Assembly: GCA_973895155.1 (NCBI GenBank)
Contig: OZ316896.1
Coordinates: forward strand, 2,604,001 to 2,668,000
Source of the DNA: Marsupella aquatica
Taxonomy: Eukaryota; Plantae; Marchantiophyta
DNA: 64,000 nucleotides
Reading direction: 5' to 3'
Below the pieces are notes generated by a model that saw nothing but the letters and a program-made list of their open reading frames with translations, made no database searches and had not been told where the DNA came from. The translations under genes were made by a program, and so were the position numbers. Numbering within the stretch: the first letter of the stretch is position 1; every line of letters starts with the position of its first letter. Shown piece after piece: positions 12,304-22,942 of this stretch.

Positions 12304-14017
12304 ATGGAGCAAGGGGCGGATCCAGCCGGAATGTCCACTTCTCGCGTTTCTAAGGGGCATTCAACCTCAACATCACCTGCACCCACTCCGGTTAAAGCCC
12401 CTGTGAGACGATCAAAGAGAAAGGAGGTCCCCATTGCCATGAAAATTCTGAGGCCAGCTATTCCGGACAGTGAAGCTGAGAAGGTCAAATTGAGGGAGTC
12501 TTTGCTCATGATGAGTTGTGAGTCTCTGATGGAGCTACCTTGGAGTTGTCAGAGCGAAGATATGATCAGAGAGATCCGATCCAAGGAGTGTCCGGCTGAG
12601 TTTAAGGATACCTCCAGAGGCCGACCTGAGCGATGGACTCAGATGATGGTTGCAGGAGCTTTTGTATTGGAAGATGAAGGTCCAGTGGGGAGAGCTGTCA
12701 ATCTAATCCTTCCTTACTTCAAAGGAGCCATCAACAGTAAGGACGGGTTCAATGTTTCTAAGTGTTTGGATCCTGATTTGAAACGAGTCTTCAGCTTCCT
12801 GCTACCCCTGCTATATCCTGAGAAGCCACAAAGAGTTACTGTTGGAGTTGGCTCTACCATTGTTGCTGCTTACAAGGGAGAAAGAAAAGTCAACTAGGCT
12901 AAGCTTATCTTTGATTTGATAAGGAAGTTGGTACAGAACCTGTCCAATAAGAGTCCTACTCCCCTCTCCTGCTACCTGGTACATGTATCTATATAGCTTT
13001 GAAGGAGTCTTGTTCAAAGAGGAGAAGAAATTACTATTGGCCAAGTTCAACTTCATAAAGTATGGAGAGGCAGATCCAGATATCACCCAGGCCACCTTTG
13101 ATGACAGTGAGGATGAGGAACCAGCAGAGATAAATCTTCGAAAGACCCGGTCTGCTGTCCGGAACCTCGACCCGGACTTTGCCGACCCGGCCTTCGTCGA
13201 CCCGGCTGAATTTCCGGATGCACCTGGCCATGCCTCCCTAGACACCCTAGCTGATTTCCAGATCATCTTAGATACATTCCAGAAGGTGAAGAGGAAGACC
13301 ACTGTGATGGAGAAGGCCATCACTGACATTTCCCAGAAGTTAGGAGTGAAACCAGGGCAGATTCTTGAAAAGATCTCCACCATGAGTGATGCCACAGATA
13401 AGAGGAAGTTGGAGAAGGAGAATGAGTTTCTCAAGAAGAAGGTATCTGAACTCAAACAGCAGTTGGAAAGGAGTAAGAAGAAGAATGAGCTTGAGCATAC
13501 TCTCCAACTCAGTATCACTCAATCTTTGGATCTGATTGAGCCTTTGACTAAGATAGCTTCTCTGGATTTTCTTAAGGCCCAAATTTATGATGAGTATTTG
13601 GCCAAGAACACCACACCCATCCTTTTCTCCAAGATTAACCATTTAGTGGTAGATGTGAGTGCCAGAGTGGATGATGCACTTACGGGTCTCTCAAAGACCT
13701 GTGAAGCCTTATTAAGGGAGATGACTACAGAGGAGCTATTAGATGATACTGAGATTCCTGCCTTTACTACCAGATCTTTCTCTCCTAGTCCTCATGAAGG
13801 AGTCTATTCCACTGGCCCCTCATCACCCCTCAATTCCCCACTCCCAGTACACACTTCCACTCCCATTCTTACACTTATTCTCATGACCCAAGTGCCCATC
13901 AGGAGAACATGGATATTGACCCGTCCATCCCTTTTACCACTGGCCAGCAAGGAGTTTTCCTTCGACCAGAACCCCTTGCCATGGCTAACCCTGAGGAGGT
14001 TCCTTCCCAAAAGCTAG
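12304..14017 (+). pseudogene. Disrupted retrotransposon-associated ORF (LTR-element accessory/gag-like protein with coiled coil)
   Basis: Intronless. ORFs 12214-12897 and 12983-14017 join into one protein across an in-frame TAG (12895-12897, likely TGG>TAG in KVN*AKLIFDLI) and a frameshift near 12980-12990 (PTPLSCYLVH/LYS). Has a Lys/Glu coiled coil. Motifs such as RGRPERWT and LLPLLYPEKPQRVT resemble, from memory, multicopy TE-linked hypothetical proteins of Marchantia. Embedded in repetitive DNA; LTRs not delimited. Confidence 0.6.
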
Positions 14018-15028
14018 GACCAGAATAGAGTTATATTTATAGAGTTAGAACCACATTAGTTTAGACTTAGAAATAGCTATATAGACTAGTATATGAGTAA
14101 GTAGACTCCAGTATTTTGTTGGTGTATCCATTGGAGACTCTACTCCATTTTCGACTAGGATAGTTCACTTTTATTTACATATTTCTTTAGACTTGGGTTT
14201 TGAAGAGGCATGTCTTTTCATAATCTCCACTTTTAGTACAAAAGGAGGAGAACCCAAAGTCAACCCCGGGAGAGAGAGATGCATTTGATTTCCCCATTTT
14301 GATTTTGGAGAAATCTATGTCTTTTCTTCCCTTCTTTTTACCATGGTTAAGTAAAGAGAAGTTTCAAGATTAGCAACCCTTTGAGTTGTTGTGCAATATT
14401 CAATGAATACTAGCGTGTGCCTATGATGATATTGGAACTAAGATCAGCAAGGTCTGTGACCAATTCATATAGAAGATTCACCAAAGAGAAATTGGAATTT
14501 ACGTGAAACTCAAATAAACAATCTTAAGGATAGTAGGAGAAGTAAACCAATTCGAGTATCTTAGTACCGTCTTAAGCTAGACCAGAAAAGTATCCCGGGT
14601 TGATTTACATTGTTGTCTTCTAAATTCAAGAGATGGAGAAGAGTTGCTATGAGAAATCAAAAAGCATATACAATGTTGATTTCCGAATCTTAAATTAGAC
14701 CATAATCCTCATTGAAGGAGTGGTGATGGTCGGAATTCAATTTCCTTGCACTTTGAAACCTCCTACCTACTCTCTCTAGTTTCAATCTTTGTTAATTCTA
14801 GTCTTTATTATTGCACTGTGAATCCTAAGGATTACCCACTTGAGTTTGTGGTTAAACACTTATGTTAAAGAGATCATTAGAAATCTCTCCAACCTAAGAA
14901 TGTTGGTGTAAACTTCTCAAATTGTGTTAATTCAGTCTTTTCCATCTTATCCACTCCTAACGGGAACGAAATCAAGTTATTAAGGAGTAAATAGTCATTT
15001 ATCTCTTTATCACCTTGCTACAATTTGC

Positions 15029-15968
15029 ATGTTAGAATTTACTCTAAAGTCTAGAGTTACGATTGTACCATAGTTAGGGCTAACCTTCGTCGTAGACGAG
15101 GTTAGGTTGGTCATGTTGCACACACGCTATACCCAAGTGATGTTTGCTTGGAGACTGAGAACTCAGGCTCATTGTTACAAAGCCAGTTGAGAGGTAGGGA
15201 GAGCTTTGTGTTGTGGATGCCTCGGGGGCCTCAATCCAAGGGGTGTCCCATATCACGCTCAAAGTTTTGGGGGAATAAACACCCTAAAAGTTAAGTCAAT
15301 AAAGTTTTTTGGGGGAATTGTTTTACCCCTAACTTAATGGAATATTCCCATATTTGAATTTACAAAACCCTATGATTATTATAATTCTCAAAATTGGATT
15401 AAAATAACCCTATTGTTCTTCAACAAAAATTAAAAAGTATTTCACTAAACCCAATTAAAAACCCTATACTTATTCGCGCGTGATGGATCGAAAGAAAAGA
15501 AGTGAGGACCCCGGGGTGGATACTTGGTATGACCGGTCGACCTAGAGTACAGTAAAGCTCTTGTGTGTTCCTATGGACGTACGTAGCCTCATTTGGAGGT
15601 GAACCATATATCTAGCTCTTTGTGTCAACTACTTGATCGTTGGATGGCAATGAGCTTGCCGTTGTGAATGTCGTCAAGTAGTCGACACAACGAGATACGT
15701 GGTTCACCTCAGCTTGAGGCTACTTCCACAGAAACACACAAGAACCATATTGCACTCTAGGCCCATTGGCCATACCAAGTCTCTGCAATACAAGATGTCT
15801 CTATCTCTCAACTGACTCCATATCAATGAGCCTGAGTTCTTACTATCCAAGCAAACACCACTTGAGATATAGTGTGTGTAGCCTAATTAACCTAACCTAG
15901 TCTGTGACTAAGATAAGCCCTAACTATGGTTAGAGCGTAACCTTAGGCTAAGAGTAAATGCCTAACAT
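15029..15968. repeat. Long imperfect foldback palindrome (~320-bp arms, 5-nt loop) interrupted by a MITE
   Basis: Ends are ATGTTAG / CTAACAT. Matching blocks include CCATAGTTAGGGCT / AGCCCTAACTATGG, GAACTCAGGCTCATTG / CAATGAGCCTGAGTTC and CTTGGTATG / CATACCAAG. Centre GGCAA-TGAGC-TTGCC at 15646-15660. Confidence 0.85.
15221..15515. mobile_element. MITE (8-bp TSD, hAT-like), copy 1
   Basis: TIR CTCGGGGGCCTCA / TGAGGACCCCGGG. TSD GTGGATGC (15213-15220) / GTGGATAC (15516-15523). Removal restores alignment with the opposite palindrome arm. Homologous to 34675-34947. Confidence 0.8.
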
Positions 15969-16847
15969 ATGGATCCTTAAGAGTATCCCTGAAAAAGTTC
16001 AAGACAGACTTACGCTAATTCTCATTTGAAGAGACAACAAATGGATGACTTCAAACATTCATATCTGGTCGTCTCAAGCAAGCTGACATGGCAAACTCAT
16101 GGACAATAGTAAGGAAGTTGCTCTGATTTTTCAGAAAGTCTATATTCCACAAACAATTCATTTGAAAATCTGTGCAATCATCTTCAAAACATGATATACC
16201 AACGTTGACTACGTCCATGAACAACATTCTGCCATTAAAGAGTAAAATCTTTCTCTTCTTCTCCACTTCTTCCTTGAGCAAGCTGGACCCCAAGTTGATG
16301 AGATCTTGCAGGGCCTGTGCAAATACTCCAAAAGGAACAATAGAAGGCCAGAGCAAGCAATCCTGCTTTTTCAAGGGAACCTTGAGGAACTCTCTACTTT
16401 GAAAATGAATTCTTGGAACAGCTTCATGGTAAGTGCTTTTTTGCTTAGTCCACCAAGCGAATGCAAATGCAAGGACAACATCTCCTCAATAATCTTATAC
16501 TACTCAGCGCATACAACTGCTAAAGACATTTCCATGGAGTTCTTGTCTTTCAAGAGCATACTCTCCCACTGCATAGGAGATTCAGAAACTCAAATTGTCT
16601 CTCGACTTCCCAACACCTAGATCCATAATCTGTCTTGTTGATACTATGTTCATTATTGCAAGTGACCTGCATGCAAAACATCCAGTGATCAGTGATCAGT
16701 AGAAAACATTCTTTGATTTTCAGTCATGCGGATGAAAGCAAAGGCGAGGGAAGGCAGACGGGGCGGACACGGCACGAGCAAGAACACAGTAGCAAATGGT
16801 GTATCCGTCATGTACAGCTTCAAGCTATTCACAAGCGCTTGAGCGGA

Positions 16848-17007
16848 GCGAGTTGGGAGGGAGGTGGTAAATAATTAGCACAAGAAGCAAGGATCAAGGT
16901 ATAGTATGATCAAAGGGTTAGTGTGATCAGAGGTGTAAGTATAGCTTGATCCCCTGCTTGATCCTTGCCTCTGGTGCTAATTATTTAGTACCTCCCTCCT
17001 GGCTCGC
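16848..17007. repeat. 160-bp hairpin / MITE-like inverted repeat
   Basis: Arm 16848-16898 pairs with 16957-17007, e.g. TAAATAATTAGCAC / GTGCTAATTATTTA and GCAAGGATCAAG / CTTGATCCTTGC. Confidence 0.8.
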
Positions 17008-17534
17008 CAAGGTGGATACGATTTTACCCTAGAGACCACAGGTCTGGTTGTGAAGTGCTTTATTCAATTAGACAGTACTTTTTCCGACTATTGTAGAGTA
17101 TTTCCTGGCTAACACTCCCCCATAGTCCATTATGTGGTGGTAGTGAGACCCACCCACAACAAAAATAAAAATCAGCCTGAGCATCATTAGCCTGCCTAGA
17201 TTTAAGGTAAGTGATTGACTAAGTTTTTGCCCACAATAAAATGGATGATGTAGAGTCATGTATTGGTAATGTTGTGGAGGAGCAGAGCAGCAAAGCAAAG
17301 ATAATCAGAACAACGAGAGAGCTCTTTCAAAGTAAAGTGACCAGATGAGTACAGGAGAGAAGAGCAAATAGGTCTGTTCATTTATTCAATCGATCCAGTT
17401 TGCAAATCAAGGGACATAGAAGTTCACAGCGAGAGTGGACCAAAATCGATCGAGAGAGAGCGAGCGAGCAAGAGAGTGGAAGGAAGCAATGGCGTGTCTC
17501 ATGAAAACCCATGTGCACCACGTGAAAAGTATAC

Positions 17535-17905
17535 CTAATAATTACCCCATGATACGGTAAAAATTTGAACCCGAAGACATAATTCATATTGTATTCAAGT
17601 TGCGGTTTGGGCAGCAGTAGTCGCTTTTTGCGGCTTTTTGTGGTTCTCCCACATCATCTCTGTGGTTTCACATGTTTCTTCGACCATGGAGGGGTGGCCT
17701 CTCGCACGGTCCAACAGTCACGAAAAAACCCGTACAAGCAAACCTAATGACTACCCTGTGATTGGTCAAATTTTGAATCCGAAGACATAATGCATATTGT
17801 CTTCAAATCATAGTTTTGGCAGCGGCGGCCATTTTTTGCGGTTTCTCCCAAATAAACTCTCTAGTTTCTCGGTCAACCATGCAGGGTTGGCCGCACGGTC
17901 CAACC
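17535..17905. repeat. Two-copy ~210-bp diverged tandem repeat
   Basis: TTTGAA(C/T)CCGAAGACATAAT(T/G)CATATTGT...CGCACGGTCCAAC occurs twice. Confidence 0.7.
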
Positions 17906-18027
17906 GTGCAATTTGCATAGAGTCATGGTTGACCATAGTCTTTCTGGAAAACATGATTGGTCACTCCATGAAGGAAAAACTCATTACAATGCCTATGATA
18001 AGAACATTTTACAAAAAATATTGACAA

Positions 18028-18106
18028 GGGGCCTATTAGGGAAGAAAAGTTACCTAGGGGCCTTTAGGTAAGAAAGGTTCACCAGGGGCCATCAAACATA
18101 TATCTC
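18028..18106. repeat. Dispersed repeat end related to 10109-10192
   Basis: Same orientation and same terminal CATATATCTC as the 10.1-kb copy. Confidence 0.5.
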
Positions 18107-19142
18107 GTGTGTGCTATCATTATACAATACCTCGTCCAGCTTTTTCTACTTTCCAACACAATATTTCATCCCTAAAAGAGGAATGTGTGGTTAATTCAAA
18201 CACGCAAGGAGCTTGCGAATAGTAGATTTTGGTCGTTACTAGTAACGGAGACTGGAGTTCTTGGGTTCTTTTTTTTGTTGGGCTCTCTAGAGTCGTATGT
18301 GGATCAGCATTGCTTGTAGATGAAAGAAATCACAAGACGAGAGTTCTTGTCGGAAGTCAGCAGAAGGGAGATTCATTATTATTAAGATCACACGAGAGTC
18401 GCTGAACTCTCTCTCCACCGGGCTGCGACGGGATTTATGTCCGCAGTGAGGTTCCCACCTGGGGATTGGGCTTCCCCATTGTTCTGGATAGTTGGAGGGA
18501 GCAGACCGGGGAGGAAGGGAGCGAGCGACTAGAGGTGGATTGGTGATGACGAAGGAATTTATGTAGTTCTGCTGCTTTCGTGAAGCTGTCGATCAGCGGA
18601 CTTCTTTCAGGATTGTATTTGCTCTTTCGCTTCTCGTTGTGGTGAGGTGTCGAGCTATGGAGGAGATGCAGGAGAAAGAGAGGGTGATGGGGTGGCGTGG
18701 TGATGGCGGCAGGCCTTGAAAATATGATGGGCGTGGAGGCGGTATACTGTGCAGGTTGCGAAGTTGCTTGGTAATTCTCTCGGGCCATTGCAGAGGAGGT
18801 TGCTTGAACCCGAAATTTCCAGCAGAGGAAAGGGTTTAGGTTTTGCTTCGGAAGGTAATGTACACCTACCTCGAATGACAGATGTTGTATATTATTGCTT
18901 ATGAAGGCGGAAAGTCACCTGAAACGCGTCCAATAAAATTTTTGCAGTGGCTGGGAGCGATAGAGTTTAGGATTGGGACGAAAGGGATGTGGAATCGATG
19001 AAGAAACAGCACGCAGTGGCGGAGAAGGAGACAACAAGAAGAAATAGGGAAGAAGGAGTTGAGAAAAGTGGCTGCTGGAGAGGAAGCAGGGGGTGGAGGG
19101 GCCGAAGGCGGGGCCCAACTCAGTGAGTTTGTCTGGGTAGAC

Positions 19143-20717
19143 ATGACAGACCTGCATTCGCCTCCGGACGAGCTAGACTTGCTGGAAACGAATAAGACAG
19201 GCGATTCTGATGATATTATCATGGGGGAGCGAGAGGTGGCGCGGCATGGCCGTGTGTATAAGAAGTCCAACTGGACTTTGATCGAGCTGCAGGTGCTGCA
19301 GATGGCAAAGCGGGAGGACCAGGATAAGCAATTGAAGGCCGAGTCGAAAGAGAAGCACAAATCAGCCGCCGAGCGATGGCAGTGGATTGAGGACTATTGC
19401 TGGGAGCATGGAGTCGAGAGGAGTGCCCAGCAATGTAGAGATAGGTGGGAGAGGATGTCTGCTGATTTCAAGAAGTTGGGGGATTTTGAGAAGCACGTTC
19501 CCAGAGGAGGAATGTCGTACTGGCAACTAAGTATCGAGGAGAGGAAAAATAAGAAGCTCCCGTCAAATTTTCAGCAAGAAGTTTTTCAAGCATTGGGAGA
19601 ATGGTTTGCGCGGAGCCGCACTGTGGATACCAACGACAATGTGATCGATGTGTGTGCCCCCTCCCCTCTGCAGGGTACGCATCCGATATTTGACCTACTC
19701 CTCTGCTCACTTGTCTCCTCGATGAAGTCAATAATTCGTCATGCTTTACTCTTGAACCATGAGCCAATGCAAGTTTTGCGTGAGGTTCAATTCACACCGT
19801 GAAACCTCTCTGCTTACTCGCTTGGTCCGCGCAAACTGTATATCTTGATTGCCCGTATATGTTTAGGTTTCCGCAAGATTCCCTACCGTTTCGACTACAG
19901 TAGTTCTCATTCAGCATGAAGCCTCAGGTAACGGCGTCACAGTTCTTAGAATGTATGTGTTCCTCGGATATTCGTCGTGCGCTTTGTTGGCAAGTGGAAG
20001 TAATTGCCTTCAGTTACTTGGTCTTATTTTTCCAATTTAACATCTCCCAAGGCTCACAAATTGAGTCTCCAGAATTTGGTTTGGGTGGGGGTGGGGTGAC
20101 GTGCTTTGTCCTCAAATTCCATTAACTATACCTTTGCCACACAAAGGAATCAATGTCGGAGGCTTTTCCTTTGGCCTCAATGGAATTTTCCTCGCCTTGT
20201 GGACTATTCGGAGTCCAGCTCCTTTGTCAGCACGAGCGTTTAAGCTAATGGAATTCTGATTGAGAATTTATTGATGTGTTTAATTGAAGTCCTCGAACAA
20301 TTTTCATTCATAGTGAAATCTAAAACTCACATCTCTGTTTGAAGTATGAGAACTTCTTTAGGACTCTGTTTCCTTTCACTCAATGCGTGTGATCCGTCTG
20401 CAGTGAACACCTGCGCTAATTTGATCAGCAACTGCGAAGACTCGTCACCAGGTGAAGGAGACAGTCCTCCTCAAGACCCAACTCGTAAGAAGAGAAAACT
20501 TCCAGAACCGGGGTCTAACAACCCCGACAGCATAGCTGTTGCCATTGAGAAGGCCAATGTGGCGACCCAAAGAACGATGCTGGAGTGTGAGGATAGAAAA
20601 GATCGGAGGCATAAGGAAACGATGGAGGCAAACGAGCGCATTGCGAATGGTTTCATGTCAGCCGTCTTAAGCGTTGCGGACGCCTTGCAAAAGTCTGGTA
20701 GAGAAGGGAGAGACTGA
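19143..20717 (+). CDS. Trihelix (Myb/SANT-like DNA-binding) transcription factor, ASR3-like, ~281 aa
   Basis: Exons 19143-19674 and 20404-20717 (phase-1 GT-AG intron, 846 nt). Trihelix Trp pattern NWTLIEL...RWQWIEDYCW...RSAQQCRDRWE, then SYWQLSIEERKNKKLPSNFQQEVF. NLS RKKRK. C-terminal coiled-coil-like helix. Confidence 0.9.
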
Positions 20718-21249
20718 GTTTCTCTTCTCGTGGAACATTATATTTGAGCCTCCATAGTATTCACAATTTTCATTTCCTCTTCCTTAGCAAAGAAGGCCCA
20801 GCACTCGACAGCAACCACCACCACCAATGTCATCTTTTCTTTCACTTTGTTGACGAAGCAATTTTCCCAAGACTCTTCGATGTCACCGACATTTCGGTTT
20901 CCAAAGCTCACACGCCACGGATAAATGCATTTGGGTACAATGTTTGCAAGTTTATGGTAGCTTACCAAAGTGTCCCAATTACATAGGTTATAGAGCAGTG
21001 AGTAGCTCGGAGTCTGTAAATTCAGGGTTCCCTTCGACCAGGTTACACACTAAGAAAATCCAACACAGTACCGAGAAATAAAAGAGTTGGGTTATCAAGC
21101 TTGCAAGAGGTGCCAGCTCCTCAATTCAGTTTCCGCACAGTGCGCAGTTTTTATCCGAGTAAGCTACGTTGCACGTGAAGAGTTATTTGTTGCAGAAAAG
21201 TGTTCTATTGCATCTCGTGATGTTAGGAAATAGCTGCACATGGTGGAAT

Positions 21250-21530
21250 TTGGGCCTTTAACTGAATCTGCTAGTCAGCGAAGATTAAGTTCCCTAAGTA
21301 ATGACGGGTGTCATACTTTAAACCCTCCGAGTACTGTTCAAAAGTGCATGTCCCGTTGAGGAAGGAGCTCATTTAGTCGTATGTGTGCCCGTGTCCTCAC
21401 CTTTTTTGGGCTTTCAACGGAATCTGACAGTCAGCGAATGTCGTTCTGAAGGTAAGGACGGCTGTCACACTTCAAACACTTCCGAGTACTGTCCAAAAGT
21501 GCATGGTCCCGTGGAAGAGGGGGCACATTC
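21250..21530. repeat. Two-copy ~156-bp-period diverged duplication
   Basis: AATCTG..AGTCAGCGAA...TCCGAGTACTGT.CAAAAGTGCATG repeated at ~21265 and ~21421. Confidence 0.7.
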
Positions 21531-22942
21531 ATCGAGTACAAACTTGGTCAGTGTCAAACTTTATCGATCGGATCGGTTGAGCATGATAAGTTCCGAGGGC
21601 AATGCACGATCTTACGTTTGTGGTATCATGGCAACAGAACTGTACAGTAGGTTGGACAAACTAGGCCAGTCTAAAAGAGGGAAGAGATTGTGCATTAGGC
21701 TCTCGTGAATGCTCAGATCCAAAAACTGAGTAGTACTATAGCGGGATTCATTCAGAAGTAGTCTTGTGCATCAAGACGCCGAAAGCCAGAGGTGACGACC
21801 CAAATAGAGAAGAAATTGTGAAAGTAGGTGCCGTCGTGGACATGTAATTCACATCCTTCGGCAATTCTAATAGAGATGGGTAAGTGGACCTTCAGACTGT
21901 ATAACATACAGTAGCGTCTCGTAGAGACGGGGGGCGGGAAGTGAAAGCCAAGTCGCTTCTCACCTGGAAGACGGATAGAGCATCATAAGTAGAAGTCACG
22001 ACTCCAATTTATGGAATTTGTTGCAGCTGCAAATTGCAAGTTAGTTGTCTTAAGAGTAGAGTTTGCCTTCCTTCTCCAACTGCTTGTGCAGGCGTCAATG
22101 CATCAGTTCCCTGTTTAATAATCTTCTGTAAAAACGAAGACCGATTGGGTGGCTCCAACGTATCAAAATTTCTCGCATGACGATTCGGGTCTGTCAATCC
22201 CACGTGACAAAAGTCTGGGTCAATGAATTGTGAGTCTGTCAATTCCTCGAGGGATCATCGCTGATTGCAATACAAATGCACGAAGTCCAGTCCGCTCCTT
22301 CAAAAACGTGGCAGAAACGCTTTGAAATGACAATAGAATTTCAAATTTCGTCCTTCACCCTTTATCTGTAGCACGTCGGATATCGTTTCACACCGTGATG
22401 TCAGAGCAAAGAACGTGAAGCATCAAAGTCTCGAGAGTGGGTAGAAAGAGAAACACCTCAAATCTGGGAAACTTGTAAGGTATCTACCATATTGAGGCAA
22501 TTGGGTGGACGTGGGATGCATGTTCCGAATGTAGGCAGAGAGCCATGTTTACTTTTCAACAGGTGCTGATGACATGTCTCTAAAATCTGGGAAACACGTG
22601 TTGTCTCTTGTAAAGGCTCTGGCTCTAGGAATCACCTCTTGCTTAGGATGGATGGCAGATCCCAGATTCTTAGTGTAGGCAGTGGGCGCTTTTCCTGCAC
22701 TTTACCACTACGTGGTTGCCAAACCTCAGCTGCACCTAGTGAAACGAACTCATTGGTGTGTTTGTTGTAGAGGGATGAATCACTTGGTGTCTCCGGGTAC
22801 TATTTGAGTTTGATGTTCCTCAGTGACTTTGGCAGTACCCAACTCTAGTCCATCAAGCAAACACATGCCAGACGACTCGAAAGCATCACATCAAAACGCT
22901 GGTACAGAATTCAGCAAGGCACGCAGGAAGCAAGCAACCAAT

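Noticed and set aside
12811-13518. 235-aa minus-strand ORF (and similar ORFs such as 25495-26013, 59806-60192, 62727-63044, 18899-19360)
   Set aside because: Antisense shadows of real coding sequence, with no recognisable domains.
11430-15028. Full-length LTR retrotransposon boundaries
   Set aside because: No pair of LTRs, PBS or unambiguous PPT could be identified by eye, so only the internal ORF is reported.
15214-15522. Novel transposon superfamily with 6-bp TSD (TGGATG/TGGATA; GCAATA at the second copy)
   Set aside because: Shifting each boundary by one base gives a perfect 8-bp TSD and a perfect 8-bp TIR in the 34.7-kb copy, so 8 bp is the better reading.
16030-16640. Coding-like minus-strand stretch (ORF 16051-16374 plus stop-interrupted upstream frame)
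   Set aside because: Possibly a decayed TE or gene fragment, but no family motif could be recognised.
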